This document shows, piece after piece, positions 48,055 through 57,445 of a DNA stretch of 64,000 bases. A model generated the notes under the pieces. The model searched no databases. It worked only from the letters and a program-made list of their open reading frames with translations, and was not told the origin of the DNA. Made by a program: the position numbers and the translations under genes. Numbering within the stretch: the first letter of the stretch is position 1; the number at the start of each line of letters is the position of its first letter. This DNA comes from an uncultured Chloroflexia bacterium. GTDB taxonomy: Bacteria; Chloroflexota; Dehalococcoidia; UBA2979. The stretch lies in the NCBI GenBank assembly GCA_963728205.1, contig CAVSIV010000006.1, forward strand, positions 1,120,001 to 1,184,000, read 5' to 3'.

Positions 48055-50547
48055 CTACCAGCGACGCCCGCCGGTGCCGCCGCCGCGCGCCGGCCGGTCG
48101 CCGCCGCCCTCGCTGCGGCCGGCTCCACCCGCGCTGGTGCTACCGCCATCGCCGCCGCTGCGCTCACCGCCGCCGGTGCCGCCGGTGCCGCCGGAGCCGC
48201 CGGAGCCACCGGAGCCACCGGAGCCGTAGCCCCCGCCGCTGCCGAAGCGCTGGCCGCCACCACCGCCGCGCTGGCCGCCGCCACCGCCACCGCGACCGCC
48301 GCGGTCGCCGCCACGCCCGCCGCCGCGTGGACCGCGGTCACCGCCGCCGCTGCGCGGACCGCGGTCGCGCTGCGGCGTTTCCTCGCGGTCATCGCCCAGC
48401 TCCGCGTCGCTCAGGCCGACGCCGCCGTCGCCCTCGTGCAGCAGCGCGCGGCGCGAGAGGTTGATGCGCCCGAGGTTGTCGATCTCGACGACCTTCACCT
48501 TGACGCGGTCGCCCACGTTCACGACGTCCTCGACGCGGTCGACGCGCTCGTCGGCCAGCTCCGAGATGTGCACGAGGCCGTCCTTGCCGGGCAGGATTTC
48601 GACGAACGCGCCGAAGGCCATGATCCGCGAGACGGGGCCCTCGTAGACGTCGCCGACCTTGACCTCCTTGGTGAGGCCCTCGATCTCTCCGATCGCGCGG
48701 CTCACGCCGTCGTGGTCCGAGCCCGACACGAAGATCGTGCCATCCGGCTGCACATCGATCTGCGCGCCGGTGCGCCCGATGATCGCGTTGATCACGCGGC
48801 CGCCCGGGCCGATCACCGCGCCGATCTTCTCGGGATCGATCTTCACCGTCTCGATCTTCGGCGCGGTCGGCGCTACCTCGTCACGCGGCTGCGCCAGCGC
48901 CGACAGCATCGTCTCGAGGATCTGCATGCGCGCCTCACGCGCCCGACGGAAGACCTCGGTCATGAAGTCGTTCGGCAGCCGCTTCAGCTTGATGTCGAGC
49001 TGCACGGCGGTGACGCCGCGCTCGGTACCGGCGACCTTGAAGTCCATGTCGCCGAACGCGTCCTCGATGCCGGCGATGTCGGTGAGGATCCGGTAGTCGC
49101 TCGCGTCGGGGTTCGTCATCAAGCCCATCGCGATGCCCGCGACGGGCGCGTCGATCGGCACGCCGGCGTCCATCAGCGCGAGCGTGCCCGCGCAGATCGA
49201 GGCCTGCGACGTCGAGCCGTTCGAGGCCAGCACGTCGGAGACGATGCGGATCGTGTACGGGAACGCCTCGAACTCGGGCAGGACGGCCGAGAGCGCCTTC
49301 TCACCGAGCATGCCGTGGCCGATCTCGCGCCGGCCCGGGCCGCGCAGGAAGCGCGCCTCGCCGACGGAGAACGGCGGGAAGTTGTAGTGCAGCATGAAGC
49401 GCTTGAACGGCTCGGGGTCGATCTGGTCGAGCTTCTGGCGGTCGCCGATCGGGCCGAGCGTCGCGACCGAGAGCACCTGCGTCTCGCCGCGCTGGAAGAG
49501 CCCGGAGCCGTGGACGCGCGGCAGCACGCCGACCTGTGCGCTCAGCGGGCGGATCTGCTCGGGCGGCCGGTCGTCGGCGCGCAGGCCCTGGCCCAGCACG
49601 CGCTCACGAACGAACGACTTGAGGATCGACTCGGTGACGCTGCGCACCTCGCCTGGGGAGAGCGCCGCGGCCTCCTCGGCCGGCATCGACGCCTGCAGCT
49701 CGGCGAGCACCTTCGCGCCCATCTGGTCGATGCCGCGGAAGCCCTCGGACTTCACGGAGTCGAGCATCTCGGCGTCGCGCCCGGCGAGCAGCCCCTTGAT
49801 GCGGTCCTTCAGCGCCGTGTTCTCGGGCGCCGGCTCGAACGGCATCTTCGCCTGGCCGAGCTCGGCGATGATCTTCGCCTGCAGGTCGTTCAGCTGATGG
49901 CAGATGCCCTCGGCATACGCGATGGCCTCGATCAGATCGGCCTCGGGGACCTGCAGCGCGCCGGCTTCGATCATCACGATCGAGTCGTTCGTGGCGGCCA
50001 CGGTCAGCTCGAGGTCGGACGCGTCGAGCTCCTCGTAAGTCGGGAAGGCCTTCAGCTGGCCGTCGACGCGGCCGACCTTCACCGACGACACCGGGCCCTC
50101 GAACGGCAGGTGCGAGAGGTTGACGACGGTCGAGGCGCCGGTCGTGGCGAGCGCGTCGGCCGGGTTCTCGCGGTCGGACGCGAGCAGCGTGCAGACGATC
50201 TGCACCTCGCGCTTGAAGCCCTTGGGGAAGAGCGGGCGGATCGGGCGGTCGGTCATGCGGGCGGCCAGCGTGGCGTCCGTGCCCGGCCGGCCCTCGCGGC
50301 GGAAGAACGAGCCCGGCACTTTGCCGATGGCGTACATGCGCTCTTCGAAGTCGACCGTCAGCGGGAAGAAGTCGATGCCGGGCCGCGGGTCGCCGTCGCA
50401 GACGGTGACGAGCAGCACGGTGTCGCCGAGCCGCACGGTGCAGGCGGCGAGGGCGTTCGGCGCGAGCAGCCCGGTGGCAATCTCGAGCGTGCGGCCCTCG
50501 ATCTCGGTGGTGAAGCGCCGCTGTCCGGTCGTGGTCTCTGTGGTCAT
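48055..50547 (-). CDS. pnp: Polyribonucleotide nucleotidyltransferase (PNPase) with Gly/Arg-rich C-terminal tail
   Basis: DFFPLTVDFEE, RPIRPLFP, RGETQ, GDMDFKVAGT, KH and S1 domains. Confidence 0.98.
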   Translation of the reverse strand: MTTETTTGQRRFTTEIEGRTLEIATGLLAPNALAACTVRLGDTVLLVTVCDGDPRPGIDFFPLTVDFEERMYAIGKVPGSFFRREGRPGTDATLAARMTDRPIRPLFPKGFKREVQIVCTLLASDRENPADALATTGASTVVNLSHLPFEGPVSSVKVGRVDGQLKAFPTYEELDASDLELTVAATNDSIVMIEAGALQVPEADLIEAIAYAEGICHQLNDLQAKIIAELGQAKMPFEPAPENTALKDRIKGLLAGRDAEMLDSVKSEGFRGIDQMGAKVLAELQASMPAEEAAALSPGEVRSVTESILKSFVRERVLGQGLRADDRPPEQIRPLSAQVGVLPRVHGSGLFQRGETQVLSVATLGPIGDRQKLDQIDPEPFKRFMLHYNFPPFSVGEARFLRGPGRREIGHGMLGEKALSAVLPEFEAFPYTIRIVSDVLASNGSTSQASICAGTLALMDAGVPIDAPVAGIAMGLMTNPDASDYRILTDIAGIEDAFGDMDFKVAGTERGVTAVQLDIKLKRLPNDFMTEVFRRAREARMQILETMLSALAQPRDEVAPTAPKIETVKIDPEKIGAVIGPGGRVINAIIGRTGAQIDVQPDGTIFVSGSDHDGVSRAIGEIEGLTKEVKVGDVYEGPVSRIMAFGAFVEILPGKDGLVHISELADERVDRVEDVVNVGDRVKVKVVEIDNLGRINLSRRALLHEGDGGVGLSDAELGDDREETPQRDRGPRSGGGDRGPRGGGRGGDRGGRGGGGGGQRGGGGGQRFGSGGGYGSGGSGGSGGSGGTGGTGGGERSGGDGGSTSAGGAGRSEGGGDRPARGGGTGGRRW
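48170..48223 (-). repeat. 9-bp tandem repeat x6 (CCRCCGGWG) encoding SGG/TGG in the PNPase tail
   Basis: ccgccggtg x2, ccgccggag x2, ccaccggag x2 read directly. Confidence 0.8.
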
Positions 50548-50950
50548 GTCTCTGGGTCTACCTATTCCTGCTACACATCTCTGTCTCGATGGATCGGGTG
50601 TGGGGTGCGCGCACGTCGTGCGCCGCTGCCGGTGCAGCGTGGCGGGGAAGTCGTGCGGCGATCAGCGGGGAGGCGGGGGCTTTCGTCCGGGGGTCCCGGG
50701 GGGAGATGGCCGGCGGCTGGCCGGTGCATCGCCTGTGCTGCGGGAATCGGATGTGGGGCCGGGGTCGGGGCTGCGCCTCAGCACTTGCGCTGGTGCGCGG
50801 GGCCTCGAACTCCGCTTGCGCGGACGCTGTGTCCGCTGTTGCCGTGTCGCTTCGGTTCCTGTCTCTGTCTCTCTCGCCTGCTTCTACCACTGCCGACCGG
50901 CCGCCCTCACCCGCAGAGCCCGCCGGCCGCGCATACGAACAAGGGCTGCG

Positions 50951-51217
50951 CTATCGGCGCAGCCCCAGTGCCTGGATCACCTCGTGGTACCGGTCGACGT
51001 TGGTGCGACTCAGGTAGCGCAGCTCGCGACGTCGGCGGCCGACGAGCTTGAGCAGCCCGCGGCGCGTCGAGAAGTCATGCTTGTGCATGCGCAGGTGGTC
51101 GGTGAGGTGGTTGATCCGGTCCGTGAGCAGCGCAATCTGAACCTCGGACGAGCCGGTGTCGCCATCGTGCTGCTTGAATTGGTCGATGATCTCGGTCTTC
51201 AGTTCAGCCGTCTGCAT
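50951..51217 (-). CDS. rpsO: 30S ribosomal protein S15
   Basis: [34 protein letters not shown]. Confidence 0.98.
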   Translation of the reverse strand: MQTAELKTEIIDQFKQHDGDTGSSEVQIALLTDRINHLTDHLRMHKHDFSTRRGLLKLVGRRRRELRYLSRTNVDRYHEVIQALGLRR

Positions 51218-51401
51218 CTCGTCGCGTTCGCGCTCTCAGGGTGCGGGTGATGGTGGGAAACGACCGCGCGGAACGGCGGACGTTGGGGACACGCTAGCAT
51301 AGGGTCCGACCTCGGGCAACGCGCGCTCCACGAGCGTACACCCGGCCCGGCGCCCCCATCACCGCGCACGACCGCCGTCCCGCCCACCGGAGAGGATGCC
51401 C

Positions 51402-52220
51402 ATGTCCCGCACCGCGATCGTGATCGACGCGGACGCCTGCGTGCCCGCGCCACTGTGCGCCGAGCTCGGCATCGTCGTCGCGCCGGCGGATGCGCCCCTG
51501 CTGCTCGAAGCCGAGACCGTCTCACGCCTCAGCCTCGAAGCCGCGGCGCCCGACGCCGAGCCCGTGGCCGCGGCGTGTGCGAACGCCGCCGAGGACGCCG
51601 ACGCCGTGCTCTATATCGCGTGTGGCGACGGCTACGGCGCCGCGGTCGACGCCGCTCCCCTGGCGCGGGCGGCCGTGGAGGCGCGCTCGCCGGGCACGCG
51701 CTTCGTCGCCTTCGACAGCGAGGCGGCGGTGATGGGCGCCGGCTGGCAGGCCGTCGCCGCGGCGCGCGCAGTCGCCGCCGGGGGCGACTTGGATGCCGCG
51801 ATCGCGGCCGCGGCGGCGGTGCGCGAGTCGGTGACCGTCCTCGCCGCGCTCGACCACCCGGAGCTCTCGGGCGCCGGACGGCTCGCGCCGGACGGCCGGC
51901 TGCGGCTGCGCGCGGTCGCGGAGCTGAGCGCGGCGAACATCGAGGTGATCGCGGCGCCGAGCCGGCGCGACGCCGCGCTCGTGCAGCTACGCGACCAGTT
52001 CCACGCGCTCGCGACACCCCCGCACGGCGCGCCCGCCGGCCGGCTGCACGTGGCCGTGCAGCACGCGGCCGCCGGCGCCGGCGGCGACGCGCTCGCCACG
52101 TGGATCGCGCGCACCCTCGCGCCTGACGAGCTCTTCGTGGCCCCGCTCACGCGCCATGCCGCCACGCGCCTCGGGCCGCGCATGATCGGCGTCGCCTGGT
52201 ACCGCGAGCCGCCGCCGTAA
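51402..52220 (+). CDS. DegV/FakB-like protein, divergent
   Basis: AIVIDADA N-terminus, FDS...MGAG, VAVQHA, LGPRMIGVA C-terminus; GGAGAGG RBS. Confidence 0.65.
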   Translation: MSRTAIVIDADACVPAPLCAELGIVVAPADAPLLLEAETVSRLSLEAAAPDAEPVAAACANAAEDADAVLYIACGDGYGAAVDAAPLARAAVEARSPGTRFVAFDSEAAVMGAGWQAVAAARAVAAGGDLDAAIAAAAAVRESVTVLAALDHPELSGAGRLAPDGRLRLRAVAELSAANIEVIAAPSRRDAALVQLRDQFHALATPPHGAPAGRLHVAVQHAAAGAGGDALATWIARTLAPDELFVAPLTRHAATRLGPRMIGVAWYREPPP

Positions 52221-52261
52221 CGCGTCCCCAACACGTGCGCGCATCGCGTATCATGCGCGCG

Positions 52262-52912
52262 ATGTCCGTCACCACGAACAACGGGAACGCAGCCGGTGCC
52301 TTCCGCACCGCCGCCACCGGCGGCGATGGCTCGGCGCTCGACGCGGGCACCGACCTCGAGCGCCTGCGCTCGACGCTGGGCGCGCTGCCGGCCGCGCGCG
52401 AGCATCCGGCGCTGGTGGTGCTCGTCGGCCCGCCGGGCACCGGGAAGACGACGATCGCGCGCGCCGTCCACGAGCGCACGCCGGTCGTCGTGCTCGATGG
52501 CGAAGAGATCCGGCACGAGCTGTTCGACGTGCCCGACTATTCGTTCCGGGAGTCGCAGCGCGTCGACCGCGCAGTCCGCACGCTGATCGGCGAGTTGCTC
52601 GCCCAGCGCCAGGCCGTGATCCTCGACGACTCGAATCTCACGGAGTGGGAGCGGCAGCCGCTCTACACGCTGGCCGCGCGTCACCACGCGCGCCTCGTGC
52701 TCGTCGAGGTGACGACGCCGACGCGCGTCGTGATCGACCGCATCCGCCACCTCGCCGTGCGCTCGCCTCAGGACACCGAGCAGCTCGAGAGCGTCTACTC
52801 GCGCATGGCCGGCCGGCAGGAGCCAATCGCGCGGCCGCACCTGCGCGTCGACACGTCGCACGACGTGCGCCCCGTGGTCGAGGAGATCGTTCGCGAGATC
52901 GAGGTCGGCTAG
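52262..52912 (+). CDS. P-loop kinase (AAA_33 family)
   Basis: Walker A GPPGTGKT, VILDDSN; TATCAT -10 seven nt before ATG 52262. Confidence 0.8.
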   Translation: MSVTTNNGNAAGAFRTAATGGDGSALDAGTDLERLRSTLGALPAAREHPALVVLVGPPGTGKTTIARAVHERTPVVVLDGEEIRHELFDVPDYSFRESQRVDRAVRTLIGELLAQRQAVILDDSNLTEWERQPLYTLAARHHARLVLVEVTTPTRVVIDRIRHLAVRSPQDTEQLESVYSRMAGRQEPIARPHLRVDTSHDVRPVVEEIVREIEVG

Positions 52913-53739
52913 CCGGGTCGCGACGCCCCGCCGCCGCCGCTGGTCTCCGCGAGGTTCGCGCGACGCCCGAACCATTGCCGCAGCCCCGGATAGCCGCGCC
53001 GCTGCAGCCACGCCGCCGCCGCCAGCGCGATGAGCGAGACGACCATTCCCATCACGCCGTCGAAGATGAAGTGGTTCGCCGTCGCGACCACCGACAGCGC
53101 CTGCAGCGCGAGCACCGAGAACGCCGCGAGCCGCAGCCACCAGTTCCGCGTGGCATCGAACACCACGACCGCGAGCAGCAGCGACCAGCCGACGTGCAGC
53201 GACGGCACCGCCGCGAACGGGTTCACGAACGGCTTCGTCGACTGGGTCTGGTAGGCGAGGTGCGAGAACCGCGCCAGCGTGTCGATGAAGCCCCACTCCT
53301 TGAGGTAACGCGGCGGCGCCACCGGGAACGTCCAGTACACGATCAGCGCGAGCCCGCCCGAGATCAGCAGCGCGTCGCGCAGCAGCGTGTAGCTCGTGCG
53401 CCGGCGCCAGAAGAGCAGCAGCCCGACGGCGACGATCAGCGGGAAGTCGAACCAGAAATAGACGAAGTCGACCAGCCGCAGGATCGGCGTATGGGTCACG
53501 ACCCAGCGATTGACGATCGGCTCCACGAAGAAGCCGAGGTGCGTCTGCAGATTCACGATCCAGCGTGCATGCTCGAGCGCGTCGTGCGTGCGGTCGATCA
53601 CCGCGCCGCGTACGACGAAGTAGAGGAGGAAGCCGAAGGCGACCAGGCCGATCTCGATAAAGTCGAACCAGTCGACGCCCGCGCGATCGGGTGCGGTGAC
53701 CCGATGCAGGTAGCGGTAGATGTGCGTCTTCATGCCCAT
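52909..53739 (-). CDS. PAP2-family (AUR1/IPC synthase-like) membrane phosphoesterase
   Basis: FPVAPPR, FAAVPSLHVGWS, TANHFIFD motifs. Confidence 0.85.
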   Translation of the reverse strand: MGMKTHIYRYLHRVTAPDRAGVDWFDFIEIGLVAFGFLLYFVVRGAVIDRTHDALEHARWIVNLQTHLGFFVEPIVNRWVVTHTPILRLVDFVYFWFDFPLIVAVGLLLFWRRRTSYTLLRDALLISGGLALIVYWTFPVAPPRYLKEWGFIDTLARFSHLAYQTQSTKPFVNPFAAVPSLHVGWSLLLAVVVFDATRNWWLRLAAFSVLALQALSVVATANHFIFDGVMGMVVSLIALAAAAWLQRRGYPGLRQWFGRRANLAETSGGGGASRPG

Positions 53740-53948
53740 GCTCGGCCCGCGCCGCCCGTCCCGCCTCGCTCGCCCGACCGCGATGTCCCCGCGCTGCGTG
53801 GAAGGCGCTGGCGAGTCATTGTATCCGCTTTGCCGGTTGCGTCCGCCCGCAAACGCACGTGTCTGCGCGGTTGCCCCGTTTCTCGGGCCGCTCCTATGCT
53901 CCGCGCGCCGCCCCGGTCGGGGCCGGCGCACCGGGTGAGGAGCGCGCG

Positions 53949-55451
53949 ATGCAGATCCAGGTCACGGGCGGCCACGTCGCCGACCAGGTCGCCGATACCT
54001 ATGTCGTGACGATCGCGGAGGGCGCGCGGCGGCTCACCGGCGAGGCGGCGGCGCTCGACGACGCGATGCGCGGCGCGATCACCGGACAGCTCACGGCCGG
54101 GCTGGCGAAGGGGCGCGACGGCGAGGTCACCGTGCTGCCGGCGCCGGCGCGCATGCGAGCGCAGCGCGTCGTCGTGGTCGGCACGGGACGCCGCAACCAG
54201 GAGGAGACGGCGCAGCGCCTGCGCAACCGTGTGGCCGCGGTCGCCCGCCGGCTGCGCTCGCTCGATGCCGGCCGCGTCGCGTTCGCCTGCGGCGACGTGT
54301 CGAGCGCGCTCGCGCCCGCCGACGCCGGCCGCGCGATCGCCGAGGGCTTCGTCCTCGGCCTCTACCGCTTCGATAAGCACCACACGCGCGCCGAGGACCG
54401 CGCGTCCGGATCGATCGGCGACGTCACGCTCGTGGAGCCGGTCGCGCGCAAGCTTGCCGCGGTGCGCACCGGCGCGGAACTCGGTTCCGTCGTGGCCGAG
54501 GCACAGAACCTCGCGCGCGACCTGGGCAACGAGCCGGCGAACCTCATGACGCCGACGCACATGGCCGCCGAGGCGCAGCGCGTCGCGTCGGAGGCCGGGC
54601 TCGAGTGCAAGATCATCGAGCGCGCCGAGGCCGAGCGGCTGAAGATGGGCTCCTACCTCTCGGTCGCCGCCGGGTCCGTGCAGCCGCCGAAGTTCATCGT
54701 GCTCACCTACCGCGGCAGCCGCGGCAACCGCTTCATCGGGCTCCTCGGCAAGGGCATCACCTTCGATACCGGCGGCACCTCGCTCAAGCCGGCGGCCGGC
54801 ATGGAGTCGATGAAGGGCGACATGACCGGCGCGGCGTCCGTGATCGGCGCGATGCAGGCCATCGCGCGCCTGCGCCCGAACGTGAACGTCATGGGCATCG
54901 CGCCGTGCACCGAGAACATGCCGGGCGGCTCGGCGACGAAGCCGGGAGACGTCGTCTACGCGATGGACGGCCAGTCGATCGAGGTGATCAACACCGACGC
55001 CGAGGGGCGCCTCGTGCTCGCCGACGCCCTCTGCTACGCACGGTCGCAGGGCTGCAACGTGCTCGTCGACGTCGCGACGCTGACCGGCGCCATGTCGGTC
55101 GCGCTCGGCGACGTGCGCTTCGGCGTCTTCGCCAACGACGACCGCGTGTGGGGCGAGATCGAGAAGGCGTCGAACGTCACGGGCGAGCGCGCCTGGCGCA
55201 TGCCGCTCGACCGCGACTACGCCGAGCAGATCAAGTCGGACGTCGCCGACGTGAAGAACACGGGCGGCCGCAACGCCGGTTCGATCACGGCCGCGAAGTT
55301 CCTCGAGCGCTTCGCCGGGAACACGCCGTGGGCGCACCTCGACATCGCGGGGGTGATGGCGTCGTCGAAGGACAGCGGCGTGCTCGTGAAGGGCAACAGC
55401 GGCATCCCGGTGCGCACGCTCGTGCAGTTCGTGCTCGGCCGCGCGCGTTAG
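53949..55451 (+). CDS. pepA: Leucyl aminopeptidase (M17)
   Basis: GAGGAG RBS + ATG 53949; GKGITFDTGG, MKGDM, NTDAEGRL, DVATLTGA, WAHLDIAG. Confidence 0.96.
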   Translation: MQIQVTGGHVADQVADTYVVTIAEGARRLTGEAAALDDAMRGAITGQLTAGLAKGRDGEVTVLPAPARMRAQRVVVVGTGRRNQEETAQRLRNRVAAVARRLRSLDAGRVAFACGDVSSALAPADAGRAIAEGFVLGLYRFDKHHTRAEDRASGSIGDVTLVEPVARKLAAVRTGAELGSVVAEAQNLARDLGNEPANLMTPTHMAAEAQRVASEAGLECKIIERAEAERLKMGSYLSVAAGSVQPPKFIVLTYRGSRGNRFIGLLGKGITFDTGGTSLKPAAGMESMKGDMTGAASVIGAMQAIARLRPNVNVMGIAPCTENMPGGSATKPGDVVYAMDGQSIEVINTDAEGRLVLADALCYARSQGCNVLVDVATLTGAMSVALGDVRFGVFANDDRVWGEIEKASNVTGERAWRMPLDRDYAEQIKSDVADVKNTGGRNAGSITAAKFLERFAGNTPWAHLDIAGVMASSKDSGVLVKGNSGIPVRTLVQFVLGRAR

Positions 55452-55513
55452 CTGCGAGCGGACACGCGGCCGCTGCGCCAGCGCCGGCCGGCCCGAGACG
55501 ATATCCTGACGGG

Positions 55514-55903
55514 GTGAGCGACGACGCCCCCGACATCACGGGCCTCGCCGGCGTGCTCGTCTGGACCGAGGCCGCGCGCTTTCCCGCCATGCGACGCTTC
55601 TACGTCGAGACACTCGGGCTGCGCCCGCGCTCGGATCGCGACGGGTTCGTGAACTTCGCGTGGGATGACCAGCGGCTCACGGTCGCCGTGCACGCCGGCG
55701 TCGCCGGCGCGGCCCGCGACCCCCTGCGGCTCATGCTGAACCTGCGGGTCGTCGACATCGACGCCGCATACCGCCGGCTCGCCGCCGCCGGCGTCGCATT
55801 CACGCGGCCACCGGAGATGGAGCCCTGGGGCGGCCGCGTGGCGACGTTCGGCGACCCGGACGGGAACACGCTGCAGCTGATGCAGCTGCCGGCAAGCGGC
55901 TAG
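55514..55903 (+). CDS. VOC/glyoxalase-family protein
   Basis: RFYVETLGL, VVDIDAAY, PWGGRVATFGDPDGN; TATCCT -10 six nt before the GTG. Confidence 0.85.
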   Translation: MSDDAPDITGLAGVLVWTEAARFPAMRRFYVETLGLRPRSDRDGFVNFAWDDQRLTVAVHAGVAGAARDPLRLMLNLRVVDIDAAYRRLAAAGVAFTRPPEMEPWGGRVATFGDPDGNTLQLMQLPASG

Positions 55904-55913
55904 GGGGGCGCGC

Positions 55914-56495
55914 GTGCGCATCGGTCTCGATTTCGACGGCACGATCGCGGCGTGGGGCGGCGCGATGGAGCGGTGGATGGCGCTGAACGGCGACGCGCCG
56001 TTCGACCCCGATCGCAACATCACCGAGCAGCTCTCGCGCGACGAGCTGCGCGCGATGGTCCACGAGATCCTGGCGACCTCGCTCACGCTGGAGATGCGGC
56101 CGTCCGATGACGCGATCGAGGTGATGCGCCGCCTCGCCGCGGACCACGAGCTGTACGTCGTCACGGCGCGCGACGACGCCGAGGCCGCCTGGGCCTCGCG
56201 CTGGATCGCGCGCTACGGCGCGCCGGTGACGGACCTGGTGTTCACCTCGCGCGAGTCCAAGGCACAGTCGTGCGGCCGCCTGCGGCTCGATGTGCTGCTC
56301 GACGACACGCCCGAGGTGCTGACCGAGCTCATCGCGGCACCGGAGCTGGCGACCGTGCCGGTGCTGTTCGAAAGCCGCTTTCGCAGCGGCGACCCGCGTC
56401 CGCCGGCGCTGCGCACTGTCGACCACTGGCACGCGTTCGAACGCGTGTGCGGGGAGCTCGCCGGGGCGACGCGCGCCGCCGGGGAGCGGCGCTGA
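55914..56495 (+). CDS. HAD-superfamily 5'(3')-nucleotidase-like protein (NT5C-like)
   Basis: IGLDFDGT, YVVTAR, K, LLDD motifs. Confidence 0.8.
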   Translation: MRIGLDFDGTIAAWGGAMERWMALNGDAPFDPDRNITEQLSRDELRAMVHEILATSLTLEMRPSDDAIEVMRRLAADHELYVVTARDDAEAAWASRWIARYGAPVTDLVFTSRESKAQSCGRLRLDVLLDDTPEVLTELIAAPELATVPVLFESRFRSGDPRPPALRTVDHWHAFERVCGELAGATRAAGERR

Positions 56496-57088
56496 TGCGC
56501 ATCGGGCTCGACTTCGATGGCACCATCGCCGACGCGTCGGGCGGAAAGATGCGCTATGCCGCCGAGCGGTGGGGCGTGACGCTGACGCGTGCGCAGACGA
56601 TGCGCCCTGGCGCGATCCCGCTCCTCGGCCGTGAGCGGTACGAGCAGATGATCGGCGATCTCTTCGGGAGCGCGCTCACGGAGGAGATGGAACCGATGCC
56701 CGGCGCGCTCGACGCGCTGCGGCGGCTCGGTGCCGAGCACGACCTCTACGTCGTCACCGCGCGCCTCGACCACGAGGTGGCGTTTGCGACGCAGTGGCTG
56801 GAGACGCACGGCGTCGGCATCCGCGAGTTGCGCAACAGCGCGCGCGGGCGCAAGGCGGCGCCGTGCGCGGCGCTGCAGCTCGCCGTGATGCTCGAGGACT
56901 CGCCGGCCGAGCTCGCCGCGCTGCCGGTCGCCGCGCCCGCGGCGGTGCTGCTCGCGACGCCCTACAACGCCGAGGACGCGCGCGCCGACCACTGGCACGA
57001 GGTGCCGGACTGGGCGGCCTTCGAGACGCTGTGCCGGCGCCTCGCGTCGGACGGCGGGCGTCCCGCGCTCAGCGCGGCTCCAGGTTGA
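56495..57088 (+). CDS. HAD-superfamily 5'(3')-nucleotidase-like protein, tandem paralog
   Basis: TGATG coupling; IGLDFDGT, YVVTAR, K, MLED, PYN. Confidence 0.8.
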   Translation: MRIGLDFDGTIADASGGKMRYAAERWGVTLTRAQTMRPGAIPLLGRERYEQMIGDLFGSALTEEMEPMPGALDALRRLGAEHDLYVVTARLDHEVAFATQWLETHGVGIRELRNSARGRKAAPCAALQLAVMLEDSPAELAALPVAAPAAVLLATPYNAEDARADHWHEVPDWAAFETLCRRLASDGGRPALSAAPG

Positions 57089-57329
57089 ACTGCCCGCCGC
57101 CGTCGACCGCGCCTACCTCGTAGTTCGCAATCTCGACGGCCGAGCCCAGCTCGGCGGGCTCGACCTCGGCGACGATCGACTCCACCGCCGCGCGCACGGC
57201 GATCTCGTCCTCCAGGTCAACGTCTGAGGGCAGCTCCATGCTGTACTCGCCGCGCAGGAACAGCCGCACGATCGGGCGCCGGCCGCGCAGGCGCTCGCCG
57301 CGCAGGTCACGGTCCATCGGGTTCGTCAT
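57069..57329 (-). CDS. Small acidic hypothetical protein
   Basis: GAAGGGGAG RBS before ATG 57329; 86 aa; GC3-rich codons. Confidence 0.55.
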   Translation of the reverse strand: MTNPMDRDLRGERLRGRRPIVRLFLRGEYSMELPSDVDLEDEIAVRAAVESIVAEVEPAELGSAVEIANYEVGAVDGGGQFNLEPR

Positions 57330-57445
57330 CGCTCGTCTCCCCTTCGTCTCGCGTCGTCGGATGACCCGGCGTCGGTCGAACGGGCAGACCACCACGATCC
57401 ACGTTACGGGCGCGAACAACGCCGGTCTCGGGTGAAGAGCGGCGC

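Noticed and set aside
47743-51051. 1102-aa + strand ORF opposite pnp with Ala-rich repeats
   Set aside because: Shadow ORF; the Ala repeats are the complement of the PNPase Gly tail.
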